46,591 nt of DNA from Trichomonas gallinae (taxonomy: Eukaryota). The translations under genes and the position numbers were made by a program. The DNA lies in NCBI GenBank assembly GCA_008369845.1, contig MRSU01001653.1, forward strand, positions 1 through 46,591. The letters run 5' to 3'. This document shows positions 36,735-46,591 of the stretch, piece after piece. Every line of letters starts with the position of its first letter. Position 1 is the first letter of the stretch. The notes under the pieces are model-generated. The model was not told where the DNA came from and made no database searches. It saw only the letters and a list, made by a program, of their open reading frames with translations.

Positions 36735-38683
36735 ATTTTTTGAATGAAGAAATATTGAGAACAGATTCAATTTTTGAATCATATAAAGAAAAATTTGTGA
36801 ATCAATTTTCAAAAATATTAAAAAACTTTCAAAATGTTTTAGAATTAATCACAAATATATAAAAACATAATTCATCGAAACAAAAATTAACTATCATTTT
36901 TTTCTTTATCATTGATGCGCATTAACAATTTATATCATATTAAACAACAAACGATGTGAATTCAATAAGAATTCAAAGAAAAATTGAGACTATAAATAGT
37001 TTGACTTGATATTGCCATTATTATGCATCAATATCATAAATATCAATATTACGAAATTTTCCGCGAAAATTTGATTTCTTACAATTTTGTAACAGCATCA
37101 AATAGTCGTAAAAATGAAGCAAATTTCAAGTGGTTTCAAGGTTTTTTTCTTCTATAAATTTAACCTTACAATACTTAAAAATCTGAGAAAATAATTCTAT
37201 GGATCAAACACTGTAAACCAGAAACAGTCACTATTCTTTTCCTAGCAATTTATTGTGACTTCACATAAGCTTTAGCTGCAAAGATATTTTTTCAAAAATT
37301 TCTTTATCGAAAGAAACTGTTTTAACATTTGCAAATGATAGAGATGATGAATTTCTGATCATTCATAATTTCGATGTATGTTTTCAACAGAATCTTTATT
37401 TTTTGAATTTGAATTTTGAACTTTCACTGTTTTTATTGGTGTGGTCAATAAATCCATATGAAAATAATGCCAATAATACACTCTATTTTTAATATTACCT
37501 ATTTAATTATTGAATGGTAATATGAATGCCTAACGAATGTAACGTATATTGATGTCACAACCTGTGTATTTTACAATCAAACATGATACGTATTACTTCT
37601 CCTCAAAATGATACAAATTGGAATTGAGTTTATATCTTTATTATCAGCAGTGCAATACAATATGTAATTATGTGTTGCATCAATCATCGAATTTTGAGAA
37701 ATTCCACAAAATAATAAATTTATCAAGAAAAAAAATTTAATTAATTACATTTTAATCTTATTGATGATACAGCTTTTCTTGGTGTATCAATTTCGCGTTA
37801 AGTTTACTGTAATGCAAAGTCGTGCAGAATGATAGAAGTATCTAATTCATACATTTCGCATACAATTGGAGGTTTGTAAGTTGGAACAGCACATGATTAC
37901 TGTCTTGAAATGAATCCCGCTCAGCGTAGTTTATTTGTCAAAAAATTAATTTACATGTCGACTGTGATCATACTGTTTCTATCCTCTCTTTTGTTATTTT
38001 AATTAACGACAATGTTATTTCTTCAAAGTTTGTATGTAAACGGACGCTTTAAAAGTGTTTTATGTTCTATAATGAAGTCATCAAGATTTTTTTCCACTGA
38101 GAATATAGAATTTATGAACATAAATGATAATTTCATATATTTTATGTATTATAATAATTAAAAAACACAAAATTAGCATTTTATCTCTCTTTAACGAAAG
38201 AAATCAAATTTCATGAAAAGCACAAAATAATCTATTAACTCACATATTATCTTATGCTCCATCTAAAAATGCGATGATAACTTAAACTCTCGCAAACTAA
38301 TGCCATATTCATTTTGATAAACATTAAAATATTAATATAATCTATATTCTGTGATATTACATGAGTTTGAGACAGCGCATTTTTGGATAAAAACTATTGA
38401 AAATTTCTGACAAATTTTTATATCTGAAAGCGAAGCAAAATATCATAAATATATTTATAAACAATATTTTGAGGTTTTTCTCGACTTCTGCTGACATTTG
38501 AGTGCGTATTATTCTGTTGAAGATTTTAGTATAATGCAATTAAAAAAAGAAGTAATCCTGATAAATCTATAATAGATTTTAAATGTAATATAATTTGAAT
38601 TAAACGTTCATATCTCTTTCAAATAATATCTATTCAAAAAAAAATTTTTTTTTTCGTGAAAACCAAAATTAAGAAATTTCAAA

Positions 38684-40216
38684 ATGTTTGTTATCTATAC
38701 CACGCTTGTACGTTCTTCTCTATGGGAAGAAGTCTATGGAACCCCCGAGCCAGCAAATGTTTTAAGAAACATTAGACACCTCAGAAACGAAGGATATCAA
38801 ATTTCTAACGTTGATATCCTCGTCGATGAATGCCAGTTTTATTTAATACGTAATGGTGGTGCTCCATTGAACATCAATGATAATAAGCCTCATAAAGCTA
38901 TCGTTTCAAGTTCAAGCTTTTACGGAAATTACAATCCCCGTTATGGTGGAAGTGCCTTCATTGGCAATAGAAACGGATCCCTTGTGATGAAATACATTTG
39001 TGGCTCATATTCGGTGAGTGGTGGACAGGGTACATTTTTGAATTTAAACCGCCAAGATCAACAAATGGTTATTATCAACTTTACAAGTGCCTTCAAATGT
39101 TCCAGTGAAAATCCAAACACACCTGCAACCATTTCGTCAACACATGGCCATCATCTCATCTCAAATTACAATGCTTCGTATAACCAAGTGGCTTTTGGAG
39201 CAGCAATCAAATTTGAAGAATTGAATGATGATGGTTCAGTGATGTACTCAAACTTTGTACACAATAATCAAACATCTGACGAAGGTCTTATTGGTCATTT
39301 TGATTTCAGACAACAAGGAAAAACTATTACTTATTCGTACATTAATGCCGTCCAAAACCACATCGGCAGTATATTCTCATATATGCATAATCTAAAAGCT
39401 ACAAACAGGTTATATAGTGTGATATTTAATGGCTGCAACTTTGCCAACAACGAAAATCAAAAATACTTTGCAATTTCAGACTATAAAGTTACAATTACTG
39501 TTACAGGCTGTTACCTCGATGTTTCTACAAATTCAGTTACTACACCAGTCACTTTTCAAGAATCATTAAATGAACAGACGCATATCCAAATGAACTTCTT
39601 CTCAACAGAAAACTGTATGTATGAAGATGCCACACCTGCTCCAACTCCTTCTGCACATCCAATAGAGAATAAAGAACAACAAAATCCAACCGAAGGTGAC
39701 ACAGAAAAGATGGAAAATCAAAATCCACAGCAAGGTGAACCAGAAAAGAAAGAAGATCAAGATCCAAAGCAAGATGACACAGAAAAGGAAGATAATGAAA
39801 ATCCGAAGAAGGATGACACAGAAAAGATCGAAGATGAAAATCCGAAGAAGGATGACAAGATAAAACAAAAAACAGGTGATACCACGGAACCTCAACAACA
39901 AGATGGTAAGAAGTTAAATTGGGCTATGATTGGTGGCATTGCAGGAGGTCTTCTTGGATTACTTGCACTTTCATCTGGAATCATCTTCTCTCTCTTTAAG
40001 AAGAAAGATGATGATTCATCAGTTGATCACAAGGCACCTGTTGAAACTCCTGGACTTGGAGATAATAATGATTATGGAGATACAATTAGCATCTCTGATG
40101 ATAACTTCGAGTTAAATGATATTAACGATCCAGGTCCATCTAATTTGTTCTTCATTGGTGTCAATGAACAACCAAATAACACTTCTTTAGATCAAGGTGA
40201 ATTTTATCTCCAGTAA
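38684..40216 (+). CDS. Type I membrane protein with probable right-handed beta-helix (pectin lyase/Pmp-like) ectodomain, acidic repeat stalk, TM and acidic tail
   Basis: GG-x motifs and SSFYGN / SNFVHN / CNFANN rungs. TM WAMIGGIAGGLLGLLALSSGIIFSLF followed by KKK. Confidence 0.75.
   Translation: MFVIYTTLVRSSLWEEVYGTPEPANVLRNIRHLRNEGYQISNVDILVDECQFYLIRNGGAPLNINDNKPHKAIVSSSSFYGNYNPRYGGSAFIGNRNGSLVMKYICGSYSVSGGQGTFLNLNRQDQQMVIINFTSAFKCSSENPNTPATISSTHGHHLISNYNASYNQVAFGAAIKFEELNDDGSVMYSNFVHNNQTSDEGLIGHFDFRQQGKTITYSYINAVQNHIGSIFSYMHNLKATNRLYSVIFNGCNFANNENQKYFAISDYKVTITVTGCYLDVSTNSVTTPVTFQESLNEQTHIQMNFFSTENCMYEDATPAPTPSAHPIENKEQQNPTEGDTEKMENQNPQQGEPEKKEDQDPKQDDTEKEDNENPKKDDTEKIEDENPKKDDKIKQKTGDTTEPQQQDGKKLNWAMIGGIAGGLLGLLALSSGIIFSLFKKKDDDSSVDHKAPVETPGLGDNNDYGDTISISDDNFELNDINDPGPSNLFFIGVNEQPNNTSLDQGEFYLQ
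39695..39860 (+). repeat. 39-bp (13-aa) charged tandem repeat DDTEKxEDENPKK
   Basis: Units start at 39695, 39734, 39773, 39812 and 39851. Confidence 0.85.
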
Positions 40217-40580
40217 TATGCAATTATTTCCTTGTCATTATTTATTCCCTAGTTTTATGTCTAAAAGAATTTGATTTTATAAGAAACATTTTTGTTGATT
40301 GATTTTGTCTAAAGTTATGATTGGATAAAAATGACAGTTCCTGTACCGCATATTTTGCATTATATTTATTATTATGAGCGCTTTAATCAAGACACTATCT
40401 GAAGATTTTATATTGGCTGAAATTGAAAAGAATTCATCGTTTTCCAATCAATTTGTGAATCAATGTCAAAATAGTAACCAATGAGTTTTCCTATATAAAT
40501 AGAGTATGATATTAGAGTTTTGATGTTGTCAGTTTTGAAAATAAATTCAATCCAAACCTATTTTTCATTTTGTATTTTTG

Positions 40581-41006
40581 ATGGATAACACTATTGCTGA
40601 AGAAAAACAATTATCTTCAAAGGTGAAACATTATAAATGGACACAAGAAGAAGATTCTTTCCTTGAAAAGCTTGTTAATAGCTATAAAGTCATAAATTGG
40701 AAGCAAATTGCTAGCCATTTTCCAAATAGAAATGAAAGGCAATGTGCTGATAGATGGAATTACTATTTATCGCCTATGGTGAATCGTTCTGAATGGACAC
40801 AATCAGAAGATCAAATGCTATTATATTATGTATCAATATTTGGTACCCAATGGATGAAAATATCAAAATTCTTTAATGGAAGAACAAACACAAGTTTAAA
40901 GAATAGATTTTTAAGTATTCAAAAATCAAAAGAACGCAAAATATTAAATACATCCCATTATATACCACCTAGCATCAAATACGATATCAAAAATTTACTA
41001 AACTAA
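40581..41006 (+). CDS. R2R3 Myb-like DNA-binding protein
   Basis: KWTQEED...NWKQIA...RNERQCADRWNYYL and EWTQSED...QWMKIS...RTNTSLKNRF. ATG 40581 with Inr TCATT at 40565-40569. Stop TAAA. Confidence 0.95.
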   Translation: MDNTIAEEKQLSSKVKHYKWTQEEDSFLEKLVNSYKVINWKQIASHFPNRNERQCADRWNYYLSPMVNRSEWTQSEDQMLLYYVSIFGTQWMKISKFFNGRTNTSLKNRFLSIQKSKERKILNTSHYIPPSIKYDIKNLLN

Positions 41007-41640
41007 AATCTATCCAAATATTCGAAAATTCAATTTTTATTTCATCATAAGTGAAAATATTAGTTCTAATGATCAATATGGAGTTTGTTGTGATATTGAT
41101 AAACGACATTATATTTTAATGATGTGATATAAGAGATAATCTAATATGAATTTTAATATATAATAATATTACTTAGTTTTAATGATATAACCAGAATCTT
41201 AATGTAAATTTAATGTAAATTTAATGTATACATATACAAAATATAACACTCAACTTCTTAAGCAAATATCTTAGTGCTTTTCAGGACATAAATCAATGTG
41301 TAATAATTGAAAAAGGTGACACTAAAAATCTATTTGGAATTAATTTTACTATTTATATGAATATGAAATAATGGCAGAGGTTTGTGAAGAAAAGTGCTTA
41401 AAAGCTGTATGCCTCACCTCACCAAATATTTTTGACATTAAATATTGCATTATAATAGATTCTAAATTCAATACCTTTTGATTGATCAAAATATTACACT
41501 TTCGAAAAAAAAATCGTCATTTTTCGAACTTGTTTCCCAAAAAAAGTCCCAACTTCTGGGGAAAATAATCGTTTTTACCCATGTGAATGGATAAATTTTG
41601 TTTTTCCGGATTCTATTACTTAAGTAAACACTAATTCAAA

Positions 41641-41950
41641 ACTAAAGATGTAATAGAGACCGTAAAATTTTTCTCTGTGTACACATTTAACTATAATAAG
41701 TGGGTATGCATTTTACAAATGCTCAAAATGTTCAGAAATTATTTTACCAAAGTCTTTTACTACTATCTCCAGATGGGGATTTATTTATACCAATATATCT
41801 TCAATTATAATTCCAGCAAGTGTAGTTAACATTGCAAGCTATGCTTTAGAATATTCTTCGTTGACTTCAATTTCAGTAAATAAATCTAATCAAAAGTATT
41901 ACATTGAAAATGGTATGCTGATTAATAGAAACACTTTATCAATCTTCTAA
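41641..41950 (+). pseudogene. BspA-like (TpLRR/LRR_5) gene fragment, frameshifted
   Basis: From ~41675 it reads LCTHLTIISGYAFYKCSKCSEIILPKSFTTISRWGFIYTNISSIIIPASVVNIASYALEYSSLTSISVNKSNQKYYIENGMLI..*. The upstream TKDVIETVKF is in another frame, across a T-run. No start codon. Confidence 0.85.
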
Positions 41951-42316
41951 ATGAGCATGAGATATTTGGGAGAATTTCTCATCTTTTTGATATTGCAATG
42001 AAACAGGCAAAGCTTAAAGCTATAGATATTGGAGGTATTATAATGACACAAGTTTTTCATTGTATAAATTGCAGAAGCCAATGCTGTAATAAATGCATTG
42101 AATTTGATTTCCATAATGAATCAAGAATACGCCATGTTTTATAATGTCTCCTTAATTCAAATGCATTAATTCAACAACATTAGACGCAATATGATACCCT
42201 ATATTAGTAATAGTCACTTATTGTTCTTCGAAAACAAATACTTTGAACATCTTTATAGTTTACATCGTTGAATGTAATATATTTAATATACATTTATAAA
42301 AAAAAAAATCTAGCGA

Positions 42317-44866
42317 TTAAATCATATAATCGGCATCAGCTTCATCGGGAATGTTTTGATCTTCATTTCCATGTTCCCACGCGCCTACACTTTCTTCTTT
42401 GGCAAGAACTTCAATTCTGTCAAGAGTTTCTCTGACTCTGTCGATTGCTTCATCGAAAGGATACTCGTGCATTTCGAATTTGACAAATCCTGTTCGAAGC
42501 ATTACAGCATTGACTGAGCCACTCTCGATGCTCGGATCTTCTGTGAGCAAAACATCTGGATCAGATTTGCTGATATCATCATTAACTAAATGGCAGTAAA
42601 GTTTGCTTCCCTCACAAGCACTCCACAGATACTCCTCAGCATCTTTCCTGAATTCTGGTTCTTCGTTGTCGAAAGGTGAGCAAAATGCTAATCTGACACT
42701 TAATCCTTGTGGCGGCAAATCGCTTATTTCCTTTGGAATGCTGCGAAGATTTTCTATCGGAATCACGTCATCTACACATAAATCGATGAAATCAACTTTA
42801 ACTTTGTTGTCTACTATGTCTGTCACTCTCGCTCTGAATATTCTGTTCCCGAAAATTGCACCAACTACGTCACCTTTCATCATGTCTTTCGGTCTCGATC
42901 TACATTTTGGCAGTTCTTGCTTCATCATTTTGAATTCGTTAGTCATCATCGCAATGACAACAGTGCACGAATCCCATACAGAAAGAACTCGACACTCATA
43001 TATTTCTCCTCTTTCAAGACTGAAAGCTGACCTGTTTTTACCTGACCATATTCCAACTCCACTTTTTTGTGCAACTTTCTTCGCGTTTATCATCAGATTC
43101 TTGATCGGATGTCTTGCAATTGTCTGGCCTACATCGCAGAAGCCGCGTTTAAGGAGCTCAGCTTCTACAACATAGCTGTTGCTTCCATCATAGACAGTTA
43201 TCGAACCGAGGAAAACTCCTTTTTTGTCAACATCTCTAAAGAAAACATCGCAATCCCTCAACAAAAAATGTTTGTTGCAGTACTGCAGCGCTTCATGTCC
43301 AAGTCTGTCGAGCGGATCTGAGAATGTTACTCCGAGCAAATTCATTGCAACTAATGTCATGTCTTCTGGAATTAAAACTAATGCTTTCGTCGCAGTAACG
43401 AAAAACTGAATAATTCCTGTAACGTTTTTACCTGCAACGTGGCTAAAATAAACAGATGATCTTTGTCTGTCATATTTCTTGTTCAAATCTGTTATAACTG
43501 GCGGCGTTGTTGTGTCAAAACTAAAGACTCCGATGCCAGCTTCTCTCGCTTCTTGTTCTAACTCCATCATTCGCGTGATGCAAGCTGGTGGTCGTCCGTT
43601 TTGTGTCACGATGACTTCGCATAAACCTGCAGCTGCAATTTTTTCATTTATTATGACATTTTCATCAATCAAAGTCATTGTTACATATATTTTGTTTAGG
43701 TTTCTATTTCTGTCTTCATACCTCGAATCAACAACAGCTCTGACTCTTTTTCCTATCAAATTTTCTCTGAGAAACTCAAACGCTTCATATGAATGTGGAT
43801 CTGATGATGTTGTGGGATTGAAAACCGGTATCTTGCAGCCTGATAGACTTACTCTCTCAGTTGTGTCGTCATCTTTCAAGATTTCTATTATAGATGTTCC
43901 TCTTAAATTGATTACTTGACCAGTTATTGTACTATCGTTCAATTCGAGATCTGATAGATCTTTCCATATGTTTTTGGCAAGAGTCTTGGCTTTTGCTTCT
44001 GTTATTTTGTATTTTTCGTCTGATTCCTTGACAAAATGCATTGTTGGAATAAAAACAGTTGCAAGACCTTCTTCTAAGAGTTTTATCGCAATATCTCCAT
44101 AATTCTTGTACGTAATCCGCCCAACAAACTGTTTAAACGCATCATTATATCCTAAAAGTGTAACATGAACATTTCTTTGGAAAAAGTTAAGCTCTGCAAA
44201 ATATCTGGCTTCAGAACCATAAGCCTCAGGGCTATCGCGCTTTGCTGAAGGAGATTTTATTCCGCAAAGAGAAATCGTAATTGTTTCTAATTTTGGAAGT
44301 AGCACAACGTTATATGTGTATCCATTTGCAATATATTCGATGATTCCATCAAATTCTTTTTGATCTAATAAATTTTGAATTTTATATTCAACTGGGAGTT
44401 TACGAATGTATCTGCTGTCACCCCAAATGCCTTTTTTACTATTCTGCGCTACATTTTGAAGTGCATATAATTGATTTACGTAATCATTTGATAAATTACT
44501 TTTATGATGCGCCATTCCGGCTTCAACTATTGCCATTCCAACATCCATATTATCGTAATCAACTAACTCGACTCTACCGTAAACTAATTGAAGCCTTCCA
44601 AAATTCGGATGTGATCTGCCAAGCTCAGACTTGTTAAAATCGACTACAACGCATCTTTTGCCGATTGTTAGCTGTCTTGTATAGTTATATGCGGTCCAAG
44701 CTTCGTATTCATCATCCCGAGTCCCATCGCTTGAGCCTAAGTGAGGAGAAGCGATGCTGCTCAATATTACGGCATATACCTTTTTGCCTTCTTCCGAAAC
44801 AAACTTTATTACTAAAGTTGATCCGTCTAAAACACCTAAAACAACACCCTTCTCCATTTTTGACAT
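42317..44866 (-). CDS. Tudor staphylococcal nuclease (Tudor-SN/p100/SND1 homolog)
   Basis: Four SN-like repeats, each ending in G(I/V)W/F-type motifs (KKGIW, KNIW, GIGVF, GVGIW), then a Tudor-like segment (IFRARV...VKVDFID) and a final SN half ending VGAW. Start is 44866 or 44857. Confidence 0.88.
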   Translation of the reverse strand: MSKMEKGVVLGVLDGSTLVIKFVSEEGKKVYAVILSSIASPHLGSSDGTRDDEYEAWTAYNYTRQLTIGKRCVVVDFNKSELGRSHPNFGRLQLVYGRVELVDYDNMDVGMAIVEAGMAHHKSNLSNDYVNQLYALQNVAQNSKKGIWGDSRYIRKLPVEYKIQNLLDQKEFDGIIEYIANGYTYNVVLLPKLETITISLCGIKSPSAKRDSPEAYGSEARYFAELNFFQRNVHVTLLGYNDAFKQFVGRITYKNYGDIAIKLLEEGLATVFIPTMHFVKESDEKYKITEAKAKTLAKNIWKDLSDLELNDSTITGQVINLRGTSIIEILKDDDTTERVSLSGCKIPVFNPTTSSDPHSYEAFEFLRENLIGKRVRAVVDSRYEDRNRNLNKIYVTMTLIDENVIINEKIAAAGLCEVIVTQNGRPPACITRMMELEQEAREAGIGVFSFDTTTPPVITDLNKKYDRQRSSVYFSHVAGKNVTGIIQFFVTATKALVLIPEDMTLVAMNLLGVTFSDPLDRLGHEALQYCNKHFLLRDCDVFFRDVDKKGVFLGSITVYDGSNSYVVEAELLKRGFCDVGQTIARHPIKNLMINAKKVAQKSGVGIWSGKNRSAFSLERGEIYECRVLSVWDSCTVVIAMMTNEFKMMKQELPKCRSRPKDMMKGDVVGAIFGNRIFRARVTDIVDNKVKVDFIDLCVDDVIPIENLRSIPKEISDLPPQGLSVRLAFCSPFDNEEPEFRKDAEEYLWSACEGSKLYCHLVNDDISKSDPDVLLTEDPSIESGSVNAVMLRTGFVKFEMHEYPFDEAIDRVRETLDRIEVLAKEESVGAWEHGNEDQNIPDEADADYMI

Positions 44867-44983
44867 GTAAATTATGGTTTTTTAAAATTTTATTTGACAT
44901 GTAAACTAATAAATGATATCTGACATGTAAACACAAAATTGATTTTGACATGTAAATTTAGATATAAATTTCCGACTTGTAAA
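44861..44983. repeat. Cluster of 11-bp direct repeats TGACATGTAAA at the Tudor-SN 5' end
   Basis: Exact copies at 44861, 44895, 44921 and 44946; variant CGACTTGTAAA at 44973. Confidence 0.9.
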
Positions 44984-46063
44984 TAAATTTAATCGACAAT
45001 ATTGGTAAAATTATAAACACATATTTAGAGCGATATATACAACAAAACAGGCATAAGAGCTGAATTCATTAGTCAAACTCTGTTTTATACCAAGATATCG
45101 TTGTGATCTTTCCACGTTTGCGGATTGATTGGAATCTGAGTTGCAAGTAATTTTTCTAGTAGGTAAGTGTTTATTTTGATAATCAAACAATAAAAATATC
45201 AAACTATAATTTTCTTTCGACGATTTTGAACGCAATTTGTAATTACTACTAATTTGATTTCAATCATGATCTCTATGCTTTCAATTTATATATGTAAAAA
45301 AGCTCTGCAGTCTGGATTGAAAAAATTAATGAGAAATTCATAATTGATATTATTTGATTGAAATATATCATCTAGAATGAGAACAGTATGAATTTTCTAT
45401 GTAATTTTGGTAAGGAAAATGAAATATTAAAATTTATGATAAATATTCAAAAATATCAAATAAAGTATTGTAACTGTGTTGCTCAGTGTTATTTTGATGC
45501 AATAAAGCTAAAAAGCTGATTAATATCGATTATTAGTTAAAAGCTGAAGATAATTCCAAATAACATATCAATTTGGCCCAAACTCCATATTTAGGTACAT
45601 AGCAGTATGGAGGACACATGAGCAAAGTTCCTTGATCCTGTTGCAGTAGGGCCATGTTTTGAAAATTTTATCTCAAAGATCTGAGACAAAATATTGTTTT
45701 TGATAAAATAGATTAAATTGCACAATAATATTAATTATAAATAATCTAATGATTTGATTCATTCAAATCTTTATTAATGGATTCCGGTTGGATATTGTTA
45801 ACTGGTAGTCCCTTTCTGGTGTAAATATGCAATCTATTGTTTTAATATAGACTTTTGAAATACAGCTTTTAAATGAAAATTATTCCATTTCAAATTTTCA
45901 ATGTGGTTAATTACCGACACATATTGAATTTAGGACGGTTTCTGATATAAATATTTGATGCATATAATTATAAAGTATTGGTCTAAAGTAGCATAGACCG
46001 ATCTATATGTTAATTATTTTTTTTAATAGGAAGTCGAACAATATTTTTTAGATTACCATTTAA

Positions 46064-46591
46064 TTAACCCAATCTCCATTTTGGTTTAAGAATCCTCTTC
46101 TGAGGATTAATCCACCAGTTGTTTTCTTCATCACATAATGTTGGGAGATCACTCTCTTTATAGAAAGTCTGCGTTATATCCAGTCGGAAGTTAGGATCTC
46201 TGAGGTAATCAAATCTTGGATCAGGGGGGACAAGTTCATGGATTTCATTTATAAATGTTGTCGCTGGCTTCATTGGATGATATCTCATGATATCATGACG
46301 GCAATAATGCGTCCTAAAGAGATAACTTTTATTCAAGAACGGATGATTATTTTGATCAATTTCGCAAACAGCCTGTTGCTTGTCAATATAAAGCTTATAA
46401 TCATTGAAACAATAAGAACAGTGTGTTGCAATTGGAAAATCAGGGAATTTCTTTCTCCTTTCAGCTTTTCTATACCACATAAATTCATGAGTATTTGGTG
46501 TGTAATGAATGAATGCATTAGTGTAGCAATCGTCTGCTTCAAACATCAAGTTTGGATTCGTGTTGATGCCAAATGGACTGTAGTAGTCTTC
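46064..46591 (-). CDS. C-terminal part of a hypothetical protein, running off the window
   Basis: The frame stays open from the track start (TTG 46549) to the window edge (EDYYSPFGINTNPNLMFEADD...). No recognisable domain. Confidence 0.6.
   Translation of the reverse strand, partial: EDYYSPFGINTNPNLMFEADDCYTNAFIHYTPNTHEFMWYRKAERRKKFPDFPIATHCSYCFNDYKLYIDKQQAVCEIDQNNHPFLNKSYLFRTHYCRHDIMRYHPMKPATTFINEIHELVPPDPRFDYLRDPNFRLDITQTFYKESDLPTLCDEENNWWINPQKRILKPKWRLG

Noticed and set aside
37150..37990. Moderately GC-richer intergenic patch, possible gene relic
   Set aside because: No sustained ORF or recognisable motif; would need TBLASTX.
41199..41228. 11-bp tandem TTAATGTAAAT x~3
   Set aside because: Simple slippage repeat in AT-rich DNA.
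44861..44983. CRISPR-like repeat-spacer appearance
   Set aside because: Repeats are only 11 bp with 14-23-nt AT-rich spacers, there are no cas genes and the context is eukaryotic. Kept as a cis-motif instead.
45540..45830. Possible degraded coding fragment on the minus strand
   Set aside because: Short, interrupted and unassignable.
1..46591. Maverick/Polinton, mariner or Mutator transposons common in trichomonads
   Set aside because: No transposase, integrase, polB or long TIRs are visible in this window.

Overview
AT-rich, intronless eukaryotic DNA that looks like a trichomonad (Trichomonas vaginalis-like parabasalid). Support: TCAYW initiator elements just upstream of several ATGs, stop codons overlapping the UAAA poly(A) signal, a hydrogenosomal presequence on a thioredoxin, and GP63, BspA, ankyrin and Myb families. 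The window is dominated by an 18.4-kb single ORF (6127 aa). It has a midasin/Rea1-type ring of six AAA+ modules followed by a non-canonical tail: three vWA domains, a probable GATase-like domain and a Q/N-rich low-complexity region. Other genes: a two-domain type I surface protein, legumain (C13), hydrogenosomal thioredoxin, myristoylated Kelch protein, Gly-rich protein, SDR, ankyrin protein, tRNA-Arg(UCU) nested at the 5' end of a protein ORF, GP63-like M8 protease, beta-helix-like membrane protein, R2R3 Myb, Tudor-SN and a partial CDS. Two unannotated pseudogene fragments and a repeated 11-bp promoter motif are also present. All domain calls come from reading motifs by eye; no database searches were run.
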